In this document: piece by piece, positions 53,726 to 63,738 of the stretch
How the letters are laid out: each line of letters starts with the position of its first letter
Position numbering within the stretch: position 1 is the stretch's first letter
Virus record (IMG/VR): IMGVR_UViG_3300025669_002431
Source of the DNA: a virus
Length of the DNA: 64,000 bases
Reading direction: 5' to 3' (one strand)
Notes under the pieces: model-generated
The model's database searches: none
Told to the model about the DNA's origin: nothing
What the model saw: only the letters and a program-made list of their open reading frames with translations
Program-made: the position numbers and the translations under genes

Positions 53726-54863
53726 CTTCTAACTCAAGATATATATCATCTAACTTAGATAATGCGTCTATAAATGAATTCTTATTAATGTCATCTTTTT
53801 TATTCAGTATATCATCCATGTACTTAATCCAATTTATTTTCTCAATTGAATTTTTAAGTTCCAACCATCGAGATAAGCATTCATATGATATCATTTTATA
53901 AGCTTTAGTAACAGTTTCGTTAGATTCTAAAGCTGCTTCCCATTTTTTAGAAGTAGCATGCTCTGGGTCTGTATCTATAAATACATTTCCTCCGCTTGCT
54001 ACTCTATCTATAAGCCCAGATCCTATCGTTTTTTCAACTGTATCTGATTCAGATATCATTCTAACAGCATTCTTAGGACCTATGCCTTTTACGCCAGGAA
54101 TGTCATCACTCTTATCTCCAACGAGTGCCATAACCATAGGTATATCAGCTATTTCCAATTTAGATATTTGATATATTAGATCTTGTTGAATCTTCTCAGA
54201 CGATTTGCTGAGCTTCGTATATGAAATTAGGCAATTATCTTTATCTACTAAATGCCTATTGCCTCTCATGGTATATATCTGAACAATATTATCTTCTTCT
54301 AAAATTTGAAACATATCCTTATCATTAGAACAAATTACATTTATAGCATTTTTATTAGTTATCTTTCTAGTTATCAGATAGTATGGTACGAAATCAGATT
54401 CTAGATAGCTTAAATAAAAGAAATGACATCCTGGTATTTTATTAATTACCTTCTCAGATAATTCAGAATTTTTCATTCTGATCTTAAATAAATCTTCATA
54501 TAGTTCTGGATCTTTGAGGTTAGCGATAGCTCTATTTTCTTTATATCCTGTATGTATCTCTCTATGATACGCCGATTTACCAAAATCGGAGAAAAAATAT
54601 AGATTACATTTTAGACCTCTTTCCTTAGAATACTTCTTCCACCATGAAATAGTATATAATACTGCTTGAAATATAGTGCTATCTAAAAATTTAGTTCCTG
54701 TAGAATTGAAGACTATATCTTTTGCAACGTCCTCTACGTATAGAGCTGTTGCAATATTTTTAAAATCGATATAAACATTTAATTCGTCTGGACATTGTTC
54801 ATCTATTCTCTTTTCAAGCTCACCAGGTGGTTTGAATGAGAGAATATTTTTAGGGTCTGGCAT
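53703..54863 (-). CDS. rnh: RNase H / 5'-3' flap endonuclease (T4 rnh-like, FEN family)
   Basis: NLYFFSDFGKSAYHREIHTGYKENR (as GKSFRHELYPEYKANR) and helix-hairpin-helix MVMALVGDKSDDIPGVKGIGPKNA. Confidence 0.82.
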   Translation of the reverse strand: MPDPKNILSFKPPGELEKRIDEQCPDELNVYIDFKNIATALYVEDVAKDIVFNSTGTKFLDSTIFQAVLYTISWWKKYSKERGLKCNLYFFSDFGKSAYHREIHTGYKENRAIANLKDPELYEDLFKIRMKNSELSEKVINKIPGCHFFYLSYLESDFVPYYLITRKITNKNAINVICSNDKDMFQILEEDNIVQIYTMRGNRHLVDKDNCLISYTKLSKSSEKIQQDLIYQISKLEIADIPMVMALVGDKSDDIPGVKGIGPKNAVRMISESDTVEKTIGSGLIDRVASGGNVFIDTDPEHATSKKWEAALESNETVTKAYKMISYECLSRWLELKNSIEKINWIKYMDDILNKKDDINKNSFIDALSKLDDIYLELEDVENIFI

Positions 54864-54867
54864 TAAG

Positions 54868-55245
54868 TTAGTTACCTTTCCTTGCCTTTTCTTTTAAAGT
54901 ATTTAATTTCAACTCACGTTGTTTCAAAGTTTCTTGATAATTATCTCTAAACTTTAAAACTTTTTCTTTACATCTATCTGGATTAGCGTCTCTATTACAC
55001 TTCCCAGATAGGCCTCCTATGAATCCGACAAGCCGTCTATATATCTTGACCTCACATTCTAGTTTAGCAATAGGATTACTTCTACCACTACATACTTTTA
55101 ATCTATCAGATTGTCGATTGATAGCCGTCTTAATATTCATAGTAATTTGATCAGACTGAGTAGTTTTATTAAACCCACCCATCTTATCTTCAGCAGCTGC
55201 GACCTTGCGTAGATTCGCTTCTATAAAGGATTTAGAACTGTTCAT
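54868..55245 (-). CDS. hypothetical protein
   Basis: 125-aa ORF. Confidence 0.35.
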   Translation of the reverse strand: MNSSKSFIEANLRKVAAAEDKMGGFNKTTQSDQITMNIKTAINRQSDRLKVCSGRSNPIAKLECEVKIYRRLVGFIGGLSGKCNRDANPDRCKEKVLKFRDNYQETLKQRELKLNTLKEKARKGN

Positions 55246-55246
55246 A

Positions 55247-55333
55247 TTAAATAGATATGTCCAACCCAGCTAGAATTGACAGTATCATTGACAAAAAGTT
55301 AATAATCGCTGTGATAATTTCTAAAACACTCAT
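55247..55333 (-). CDS. small hydrophobic peptide (28 aa)
   Basis: Not in the ORF track. AAAGGAGAGAAACC-ATG RBS. Product MSVLEIITAIINFLSMILSILAGLDISI, with its stop abutting the next ATG. Confidence 0.35.
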   Translation of the reverse strand: MSVLEIITAIINFLSMILSILAGLDISI

Positions 55334-55404
55334 GGTTTCTCTCCTTTTTAATTAATTTGTACACGAGGTACTATCTTATACTAATTTGTCCTCACTAAAA
55401 AAAA

Positions 55405-58400
55405 CTATTTTTTAATTTCACAACTACCATTATCGCAGAATTTTAGCGTTTCTTTTGATTCTATCTCTTCTTCTTTAGTCATTTTTATCTTCGATAATTT
55501 TAAAGGTTTTAGGGTTGATATATATAATTCATATTTTTCTTTTGTAATTTCTTCATATGGCATTTGTTTATATGATTTCACATCAAGAGGTAAAAATGAT
55601 ACAGCTTTTATTTTGTCTTCATATACTTCTAACACATCTTTAATCGAATTAGATTCATTTTCGTTAAATGTTACAGTCTGTGATACACCATTATCAGACC
55701 AATAGTGTTGTATATCTGCGTGAAGAGCCATTTGTTCCCATATAGTAATATCTCTCTTGGATTTAAAGAAATTTTTAGTTCTTATTGGAAATTCAAAAAT
55801 CCACGAATTTTTTTTATAATAAGACTGCTCTTTTTTATATCCGGCAATTTCTAGTGGTTTAATAAAAGGAGAGTTTTTTTGAAATTCTATTCTTCGAATA
55901 TAATATTCTGAGTGTGGAAAATGAATACCCGGATTACTTCCTGGTAATAATGATACAGTATTATGACTTTTTATACCTCCGGAATAATACCAATGATCTT
56001 TATCGACTTCTAAATCATACGTTTCTTCATACCCTTCTAATTCATGTACACTTACTACTTTACCTAAAATTAAAACATTTTGAGATTCAGTCAGACACTT
56101 AAATGATATATCATGTGGTGGATTTCGCATGTCATTTATTTTTATTAATTTATTGGATGTTTTTAATAATACATGGAGAGAATTAATATCTGTGTGGGAA
56201 TTTAATGTTAAATTCCATATATGTTTAATTTCTTGTTTGTTCTCCCCTTCTGTATTCAAAGATCTTCCAAAACATAATCCAACAGAAAATCCAACTTCTT
56301 GTATATTTTTTGCAAAATTATCATAGGCGGTTGAAATACATATTCCCACATCGCCGTCACGAACAAATACACAACCATCCGAATCAATTAATCCCGAAAT
56401 AAATGCTAAAATATTTTCTTTAGATGATTCTCTTACAATTCTTGGAATTACCGATATATTGCCCTGTTCATCATATTTAGTTATTCCATTAATATTCCAA
56501 AAGTCCCAAAGATGCCGAGACCCAATTTCAAGCACAAACGCGTTTCTATCTTGACTTGCAGGTTTTATATTAGAGTCTAATCCAAATAAATCATATATTA
56601 TTTTTTTTGCTTTTTCCAGATTATATTTATTCTCATCTATAAATCTAGTTCTAAATTTATGTCTACTCAAACAACCGTCTCCATATAAATATCCTATAAT
56701 CCAAGCAAGATCATTATTCATATATTCAGGTTGAGTTATAATATTTCCACGAGCACCAATAAAAGTATCTGGTATTGCTGAATGGGATAGTTTTGAACAA
56801 ATATTTTTTCTATAAGAATTCATACTAATATGAATAATATCGCCAGCTCGAACATCATTGGCACATATCCATTTGTTGACGTCTATTCTCTTATATCCTC
56901 CTTTTTCACTACTAGCATTCATATGTTCACTAACAAACACCATATGATTCGGGGTGCATTCAAAATCTAAATTGTAGTTCATTTTAATTTTAATTATTTT
57001 AGAAGTACTATTTCTATATGTTCTTAATATTTTATTTTTACTATTTTTCTGGTATACATAACTATCACTGTGATCGTTGTTCCACTCCAAATCTTCAGGA
57101 TGTTCTTCTAATAATTCATCTAGAGATAAAATCCCTCTATCTGTCGAAGTTAACGATCTACCCGGTCTACAACCACTCGGTTTTGTCGTAGTTACTTTTA
57201 TACTTTTCGGTACACATAACCACCTAGAATATAATTTATCCAGTTTTCTAATATTATTATATCCAGAATCACAAAACTCATTAAGAAACCTACGTCTACC
57301 AAATTTATAAATAGCATCTGTTATTCCTGACATAGATAACCCAATTCTTCTATTTCTAAGCATAACTTGATTTGTGCGTTCATCATGAGATGGTACTAAT
57401 GTAACACTTTTAGCTAAAAGATAAGCATATTTAAGAGTTTCTAAAAATTCTTCTTCGTTTTCATGATTAGCTGGAAATGTTTCACACAATAAACACATTT
57501 CATATTTTGATAGTGACATTTCAGCACAGGGATTTAATCCACAAACTCCCTCATCTTCCCATTTCTCTCCATCTTTTATCCTCCCATACTTTCTCATATT
57601 ATCTAAATACACTATTCCTGGTTCACCGTTATTAATAATGTGCTTGGTTAATTGTGTATAATCTGCACCAACTTCAGCAAATACTGAATTGTTTGAATTC
57701 CATCTCCAATCCTTTAATTCCTTTTCATATTTCTCAGGATTTTTCATATTCAAAAAATCAATATCATCATATTCTCCTATTGCTATTTCACTAGACCTTC
57801 TTTGTCCACCGCTTACTACACATTTCCCAACTATATTGAAAATATCAACTATATTTACAGATGTAATATATTTATCTACACATTTATTAAGAACCAGTTT
57901 TATCTCTTCTATACATAATTTTAATGGACCTGGTCCGGGAGCAATGCCTCCAAATGTTTTTATAAAACTTCCGTTAGGTCTTATTTTACTAAAATCAAAT
58001 TCTCTGGGCATTTTTGATTTATGAACATAAGAGTTTAATACTACTTCCACAGCATCTCTCCAACCTTCTCTACTATCATCTATAGTAAAAACATAATCTC
58101 CAACCTTAGGTTCTTGAATTTTAACTTTTCCTGCCCCTTTTAGATCGAATCCGCACCCTACCCCCAATAAAGCAACGTCCATTAACCAACAAAAAGGTCC
58201 ACTAAAATCATAATGTAGATCTTCAGTGGAACAAAATCCACAATTTAATAAAACAGCTACTCCTTTTTTCCAAACAACATCTTCTCCAAGGGTCCACAAC
58301 ATTCTCCCTGGAGGAAGAAATTTAAAATTCCACATCAACTCAAACATTTTTTGAGCAGATTTCTGTGCTTTATGTGCATTCCAATACAATCTTAAATTTT

Positions 58401-58635
58401 TACAATGATTTAGTTGAATTGTATAACATCCTTCCACTACTCGTTTGAGAGTCTCCCAAAATTCTTCATATCTATCTTCTTTTTCAATATATCGACTATA
58501 CGTTCTTTTATATGTAATAGCTCCAACTGGTCCCCAATTAGGTTGCTCGTTTGTATATTGATCTAAAAAATTCTCTGTCAAATTAAACTTTTCCCTGATT
58601 GGAAAAACCCAATCACTCATGTCAACTTTTGTCAT
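55405..58635 (-). CDS. nrdJ: class II (adenosylcobalamin-type, monomeric RTPR-like) ribonucleotide reductase interrupted by a LAGLIDADG intein
   Basis: Active-site GLNPCAEMSL...CLLCETF (N-x-C-x-E). C-terminal redox pair FCDNGSC (C-x4-C). The extein is about 700 aa. The insert has block B ECTPNHMVFV, LAGLIDADG motifs (IGYLYGDGCL, ISGLIDSDGCV) and ends SHN|T. Confidence 0.7.
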   Translation of the reverse strand: MTKVDMSDWVFPIREKFNLTENFLDQYTNEQPNWGPVGAITYKRTYSRYIEKEDRYEEFWETLKRVVEGCYTIQLNHCKNLRLYWNAHKAQKSAQKMFELMWNFKFLPPGRMLWTLGEDVVWKKGVAVLLNCGFCSTEDLHYDFSGPFCWLMDVALLGVGCGFDLKGAGKVKIQEPKVGDYVFTIDDSREGWRDAVEVVLNSYVHKSKMPREFDFSKIRPNGSFIKTFGGIAPGPGPLKLCIEEIKLVLNKCVDKYITSVNIVDIFNIVGKCVVSGGQRRSSEIAIGEYDDIDFLNMKNPEKYEKELKDWRWNSNNSVFAEVGADYTQLTKHIINNGEPGIVYLDNMRKYGRIKDGEKWEDEGVCGLNPCAEMSLSKYEMCLLCETFPANHENEEEFLETLKYAYLLAKSVTLVPSHDERTNQVMLRNRRIGLSMSGITDAIYKFGRRRFLNEFCDSGYNNIRKLDKLYSRWLCVPKSIKVTTTKPSGCRPGRSLTSTDRGILSLDELLEEHPEDLEWNNDHSDSYVYQKNSKNKILRTYRNSTSKIIKIKMNYNLDFECTPNHMVFVSEHMNASSEKGGYKRIDVNKWICANDVRAGDIIHISMNSYRKNICSKLSHSAIPDTFIGARGNIITQPEYMNNDLAWIIGYLYGDGCLSRHKFRTRFIDENKYNLEKAKKIIYDLFGLDSNIKPASQDRNAFVLEIGSRHLWDFWNINGITKYDEQGNISVIPRIVRESSKENILAFISGLIDSDGCVFVRDGDVGICISTAYDNFAKNIQEVGFSVGLCFGRSLNTEGENKQEIKHIWNLTLNSHTDINSLHVLLKTSNKLIKINDMRNPPHDISFKCLTESQNVLILGKVVSVHELEGYEETYDLEVDKDHWYYSGGIKSHNTVSLLPGSNPGIHFPHSEYYIRRIEFQKNSPFIKPLEIAGYKKEQSYYKKNSWIFEFPIRTKNFFKSKRDITIWEQMALHADIQHYWSDNGVSQTVTFNENESNSIKDVLEVYEDKIKAVSFLPLDVKSYKQMPYEEITKEKYELYISTLKPLKLSKIKMTKEEEIESKETLKFCDNGSCEIKK
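55960..57156 (-). mobile_element. intein with LAGLIDADG homing endonuclease (in the RNR gene)
   Basis: About 399 aa, SLTSTDRGIL... to ...YYSGGIKSHN. Blocks A, B, C/E, F and G are recognisable. Confidence 0.6.
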
Positions 58636-58653
58636 ATTTTCTCCTGGTTATCT

Positions 58654-59175
58654 TTAAGAGTTTGAGACTTGTTCAAAAACATCTCTAAGTACTTCTAATG
58701 TTCCAGCGTTTTTTAAACGCAAAAAAATAAAATCTGCTATCGTTGGTTCTGTTGGTTTCTTAATCAAAGGTAAATTAATCTCTTCTGGTAACTTGTCACC
58801 TTTATAGCTATTACATTGGCTACATGCGGCAACTGTATTTAAGAATTCATCTTTGCCTCCTCTACTCTTTGGCAGAACATGATCGATAGTCAAATTCTTA
58901 TGCTTTCTTCCACAATACTGACACTTAAATCCATCTCTCACTAATACGTGTTTTTTAGAGTATGGTAAATTATGTTTATAAATGACATTCACAAACTTCA
59001 CCAACCTCACAACCTTAGGAAGTAGATAGTCTTCAGCTACGGTTCTTATATTATATACCGCGTTTCCTACTGGCTCAACTATACCTCTAAAAATCAAATT
59101 CACTGCGTCTTTCCAACCGACACAATTTATTGGCATATAGTTGCTATTCAAAACAATTACATCCCGCTTCATCAT
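58654..59175 (-). CDS. HNH endonuclease (McrA-like)
   Basis: CQYCGRK...LTIDHVLPKSRGG...AACSQCNSYKG. Confidence 0.8.
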   Translation of the reverse strand: MMKRDVIVLNSNYMPINCVGWKDAVNLIFRGIVEPVGNAVYNIRTVAEDYLLPKVVRLVKFVNVIYKHNLPYSKKHVLVRDGFKCQYCGRKHKNLTIDHVLPKSRGGKDEFLNTVAACSQCNSYKGDKLPEEINLPLIKKPTEPTIADFIFLRLKNAGTLEVLRDVFEQVSNS

Positions 59176-59660
59176 TAAACTCCTTTTTCATACACATCTA
59201 ATTCTTTTATCTTTATATATTTCTTTTTATAAAATAAGATCCATATATGATCATAATTTTTAGAATCAAAATGTCCTTTTATTCCACTATTCACCCACCC
59301 GAGTTTGGTATACAATCGTTGAGATTCTTTATTATCTACCTCTGTATATAACACTTGAAGTTTTGGGTATAGATTTATAAGGAACTGGGCGTATCCACTT
59401 CTTCTATATTTCTTTTGTATAAATAGTACTGATAATTCTCTGTGTTTGTGTTCATTAACCTTAACCATTATATGTCCTATATAATCATCATTCTTATTAC
59501 TGAATACAAACTTTCCAGTATCTCCCTCTTTCAACATATTCACATAATCTTCAGCATGTATTTTATTATCAAATACTTTTTTGACTAGTTCTTCTGTGGC
59601 AGGTAGAACTCTGAAATCAGAGGTGCTTAACTCATTTAAAAACTGATTACTAATAGACAT
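59175..59660 (-). CDS. GNAT-family N-acetyltransferase
   Basis: Motif A-like FIQKKYRRSGYAQFL. 161 aa. Confidence 0.6.
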   Translation of the reverse strand: MSISNQFLNELSTSDFRVLPATEELVKKVFDNKIHAEDYVNMLKEGDTGKFVFSNKNDDYIGHIMVKVNEHKHRELSVLFIQKKYRRSGYAQFLINLYPKLQVLYTEVDNKESQRLYTKLGWVNSGIKGHFDSKNYDHIWILFYKKKYIKIKELDVYEKGV

Positions 59661-60243
59661 CTATAATTACTCCTGCTTCATATAACATTACCTTAGACGT
59701 TTTCATTTCCTCAGCATATCTTTCTTCAAAGTCTGGATGATGAGTAACCACTATTCTAATTATACCTGATTGAATTAATGATCTGGCACAGTCTGTACAA
59801 GGAAAATATTCTATGTATGCTATACATCCTTCGAGGGGTGTACCACAACGAGCTGCATTATAAACAGCATTTCGTTCAGCATGTTCAAACCATTTATACT
59901 TTTCTGGTCTCTCAAATCTTTTTGGAACTTTACTAATAGAATCTTCTACGCCTCTAGGCATACCATTATACCCAGTCGATCTTACTTCATGCGAGGGGCC
60001 GACAATAACACAACCAACTTGAGTACTATTATCTTTAGACTTACTTGCAACAAAATTAGCCATCTTCAGATAGTGTCTATCCCATCGTTGCTGAGAGTAA
60101 TCAATTTTTTTGTGTTTGTTAATAAACACATATTTGATAATATCGAGCACACTATATAAAATTTTATTTAGAATTCTACTCGTAAGGTTCCATTTCCAAA
60201 AGCTCAAAATCGTGAGTATTTTCTTCATCTTTTTCGTACTCAT
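59650..60243 (-). CDS. cd: dCMP deaminase (cytidine/deoxycytidylate deaminase zinc-binding family)
   Basis: HAERNAV...PCTDCARSL zinc motif. T4 cd-like position next to frd. Confidence 0.85.
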   Translation of the reverse strand: MSTKKMKKILTILSFWKWNLTSRILNKILYSVLDIIKYVFINKHKKIDYSQQRWDRHYLKMANFVASKSKDNSTQVGCVIVGPSHEVRSTGYNGMPRGVEDSISKVPKRFERPEKYKWFEHAERNAVYNAARCGTPLEGCIAYIEYFPCTDCARSLIQSGIIRIVVTHHPDFEERYAEEMKTSKVMLYEAGVIIDVY

Positions 60244-60736
60244 CCTTATTAAGTTCTATCCACATTCTATGCTTATATACATCTGCTCCAGCATTCCAAT
60301 CGAAGTAGGCACTATCTTTTCCTGGTTCAATTTTATCTTTTACTTTAGTTATATATAATCTAGACACTTTCATAAAATATAACCTATATAGCTCCGCACC
60401 GCCAATAACAAAAATTTCGCCTATATTGTTTTTTTCAGCTAACTCATCCACTTCCTCTAGGGAGTGAACGACATATACATATTGAGGTGCTTTGTAATTT
60501 GGATCACGAGACATGACTATGTTAACACGTTTTGCCAAGGGCTTATTTCCCAAACATTCAAAAGTTTTTCTTCCCATCAATATTGCTTTACCTTCAGTAA
60601 GGCCTTTGAATCTTTTCGTATGTTTCCCAAGATTCCATGGAGCGCGTCCATTCTTTCCTATTAAATTATTTTCATCCATCGCTACAAACATTTTATAATC
60701 TACTGACATCATCGTTCCTTTCGTTTTTATTACCAC
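60176..60736 (-). CDS. frd: dihydrofolate reductase
   Basis: MFVAMDENNLIGKNGRAPW...ILMGRKTFECLG...VIGGAELY. Confidence 0.85.
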   Translation of the reverse strand: MVIKTKGTMMSVDYKMFVAMDENNLIGKNGRAPWNLGKHTKRFKGLTEGKAILMGRKTFECLGNKPLAKRVNIVMSRDPNYKAPQYVYVVHSLEEVDELAEKNNIGEIFVIGGAELYRLYFMKVSRLYITKVKDKIEPGKDSAYFDWNAGADVYKHRMWIELNKDEYEKDEENTHDFELLEMEPYE

Positions 60737-61548
60737 GGTTGTTTGGGATTAATTCTTTCAAATATAATGTTATCTGCAAATCCCCTTGATACTGCTTCCA
60801 TTGTTTTAGTATCAACCAACCAGGCCAATATTACTCCGCCTCTTTTATTAGCCCATACTGACTTAATGATTCTTTGCACTTTAGACCTTACATCCAATGA
60901 AATAAAATGAGGATCTCCTTTGGCCTCAAATAAATTGGCTGCTCCTCTTAATAATAATTTAAGAATGAACGATACATCTTGTTTATTGAAGTCAGATATT
61001 ATTTGTCCCCTAAGAATATTGGGGGCAACTCGTTTGAAGTAATTTAAGTCACTAAAGTTAAAAGAATGCATGGCAGCATGCCCTTTATAATTTTTTAACT
61101 CGTGCGCCAATAATTTTGCAGTTCCTTGCTTCCCCATAACATCTCCTTTAATGTCTACAAGAACGGGTGTTTTTTTAGATGTAAGTTCTAATACTTCTTC
61201 TAATGTTGGAATTGTATATTCTGTTTCTGAAAGTTTGAATTCTTTTAATTGCTTCAGAGTATATTGAGAAATTGTCCCACCTATTCCACATAGTTTATTT
61301 AAAAATAAGTCATGAAATACTACTAATTCTCCATCTAATGATAACTGTATATCTACTTCAACTGCATATTTATGTCTAATCGCATTTTCTACTGCAGGAA
61401 GACTATTCTCTGGAATATTACTTGGATTATCTGGTGTCCATAAACCTTTATGTGCAATTGGTTTATTTCTCAACCAATGTTTTTGGGGTATAGCTAGACC
61501 ACCACTATTAAAATAATTTTCTAATAACTTGTCGCTAATCGATTTCAT
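60730..61548 (-). CDS. glycerophosphodiester phosphodiesterase (GP-PDE) family protein
   Basis: IAHKGLW...ENSLPAVENAI...VEVDIQLSLDGELVVFHD. Confidence 0.72.
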   Translation of the reverse strand: MKSISDKLLENYFNSGGLAIPQKHWLRNKPIAHKGLWTPDNPSNIPENSLPAVENAIRHKYAVEVDIQLSLDGELVVFHDLFLNKLCGIGGTISQYTLKQLKEFKLSETEYTIPTLEEVLELTSKKTPVLVDIKGDVMGKQGTAKLLAHELKNYKGHAAMHSFNFSDLNYFKRVAPNILRGQIISDFNKQDVSFILKLLLRGAANLFEAKGDPHFISLDVRSKVQRIIKSVWANKRGGVILAWLVDTKTMEAVSRGFADNIIFERINPKQPW

Positions 61549-61720
61549 TTACTTCTCCTATTATATTTTAACATATCCAAAAAAATCCATCTCATTTTTA
61601 TAATTATTAAAAACTGAGTTAATTGTTTTAATGTCAGTTTTTGTTAAATTTTTAAGCTGAGTATTGTTATAGTTTAAAACTTTGTCCTCAAGCTTTTAGA
61701 CCAAATATAAATAATTCATA

Positions 61721-62992
61721 TTATCTTCTCCAATCAAATAACCCTTCTACCCCATCTGTAGAGAATGTGGGAATATTGCAGTTTTCATACACATCTCTTC
61801 TTTCTGCAAATGAATCATCTATAAAAATAGAATTGGGTTTAATATATTTGTATTTGTTGTCAGTCGTTTCTATATGAATGATTGTTTTAAAGAATTTATA
61901 ATCTATATGTTTATTCATAAGAGTTATATATGGATCTTTAATATGTTTTGATATTAAATAAATATTTTTATTTTTGTTTTGACATTGATATAAAAAAGCT
62001 AATAGGAATTCATTTATTTTCTTATCGATTATTAACGTATCGTCAAGATCCACATAAACATTTTCATAATCAATATCTATATCGTATCTACTAATCAATG
62101 CCCTATCTACTTCAATATCATATGTGTTTGGAATAATATCTATATCCCGCCCAAGGGCAACGTGGATGCTTAACAATGGAAAATTAACACCCAGATTTCT
62201 ATTCAGTCCCATTGTTCCGCTTATTCTCGAAGCAATCTCAAGTAAAGATAAATACCCATCCTTATTCTCTTTCAATTGAAAGAACCAAGGCCCTATGAAT
62301 TTTAATTTCTCTTGAATAATTTTTGCTATATTTTGAAACTCTTCGTTATGTACTGGAGAAGAGTTAACAGATATACCATTCTTTATTCTCTTTCTTTCCC
62401 TGGAGCCACAAAATTTCAATACCCCATCTTTATCTGAGAAACAATCTACAGTATATTCTTTTCCAGGTAAATACTCTAATATTAATAGAGATGAGTCTTT
62501 ATATAATTCAGCATTCAATTCTTTCCTATTATTAACTAGAACCGTGCCTACTGATCCTTGCCCTATATCTGGTTTTAAAAATATAGGGAAATCATTATAA
62601 TTTACATAATCCCTACTATACATTTTTGGGACATTCATCATATATTCGAATGTATTATAAGATACACTTTTTCTTCTACATATATAATTTGTGTTATATG
62701 ACGACCCTATAAGTTCACATGGTAGATCGTGATTAGATAATTCTAAAAGGACACTATCATGTGCAGGAAAAATAACATCTATTTTATATTTTTTAATAAC
62801 TTCTACTATTTTTGGTATAAATTCTTCATCTGATACATAAGGTATCCCATCGATATAATTAGCGTAAACATATTTTCCATGATCATCAACACTAGATAAC
62901 CCATATAGACTTATATCTTTTTCATATTGAAGTGCGCGATGTATCTCTAATCCAATTTCACTACCACACGGAAATACTAAAACGTTTGTCAT
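61721..62992 (-). CDS. ATP-grasp enzyme fused to a C-terminal HAD-like domain
   Basis: ATP-grasp core ...LILEYLPGKEYTVDCF...FFQLKENKDGYLSLLEIASRISG. C-terminal HAD motif I YVDLDDTLI. Confidence 0.65.
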   Translation of the reverse strand: MTNVLVFPCGSEIGLEIHRALQYEKDISLYGLSSVDDHGKYVYANYIDGIPYVSDEEFIPKIVEVIKKYKIDVIFPAHDSVLLELSNHDLPCELIGSSYNTNYICRRKSVSYNTFEYMMNVPKMYSRDYVNYNDFPIFLKPDIGQGSVGTVLVNNRKELNAELYKDSSLLILEYLPGKEYTVDCFSDKDGVLKFCGSRERKRIKNGISVNSSPVHNEEFQNIAKIIQEKLKFIGPWFFQLKENKDGYLSLLEIASRISGTMGLNRNLGVNFPLLSIHVALGRDIDIIPNTYDIEVDRALISRYDIDIDYENVYVDLDDTLIIDKKINEFLLAFLYQCQNKNKNIYLISKHIKDPYITLMNKHIDYKFFKTIIHIETTDNKYKYIKPNSIFIDDSFAERRDVYENCNIPTFSTDGVEGLFDWRR

Positions 62993-62994
62993 AA

Positions 62995-63738
62995 CTAATC
63001 CTTTTGTTTACATATGGAAAACAAAGATCCGCATAGATCTGGATATTCAAGTCCCAATTTATACAACCCTTCCAACTGAGCATCACCTAAAATGCCTAAT
63101 TCAATCATCTTACTCATTTGAAAATCTGCAAGTATCTTCAGCATTATTCCACCTTGTGAAATAACTTCAAATCCATTTCTCTCTAAATCTCTATTCAATT
63201 CAACTCTATCATATACTCGTCGGTGGCCATGATTGAGATCATTCTCAGTCAATGTTTTTAAGTCATCAATTAATTCCATATGCTTTGCCAATTGTCTAGA
63301 TAACGATCTAGAATTTGGAACAACAATAAAAAGTAATCCATCTTTAGATATTACTCTACTAATCATATCCAAAAACTTATCAACATCTAATACATGTTCC
63401 ATTACATATAAAGCAAATACACAATCATATGGTTTAGTGTCTTCAGGTAGCTCAAAGTCTTCGAATAAGGAATTGAAGAAGTACACATTAGGATATCCTT
63501 TAGCAAGTCCTCTTCCAATAAACTCTTTACACCCTTCTACCACATCAAGTCTTTTCAAAAGAGGATACAATTTATCAGTATCTCTACCATTAAAATATCC
63601 TAGCATTAATCCATTATAATCTTTTTTTAGGAATGGTTTAAATGTTGCAACAGATAATTCATCCATTTTTTCATATTGTGGATCATCTGGGGATACATAT
63701 GTATGGGATACCTCTTCTAAAAAATCTACTTCATTCAT
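62995..63738 (-). CDS. class I SAM-dependent methyltransferase
   Basis: Rossmann MTase pattern YDCVFALYVMEHVLD...LLFIVVPN. Confidence 0.55.
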   Translation of the reverse strand: MNEVDFLEEVSHTYVSPDDPQYEKMDELSVATFKPFLKKDYNGLMLGYFNGRDTDKLYPLLKRLDVVEGCKEFIGRGLAKGYPNVYFFNSLFEDFELPEDTKPYDCVFALYVMEHVLDVDKFLDMISRVISKDGLLFIVVPNSRSLSRQLAKHMELIDDLKTLTENDLNHGHRRVYDRVELNRDLERNGFEVISQGGIMLKILADFQMSKMIELGILGDAQLEGLYKLGLEYPDLCGSLFSICKQKD

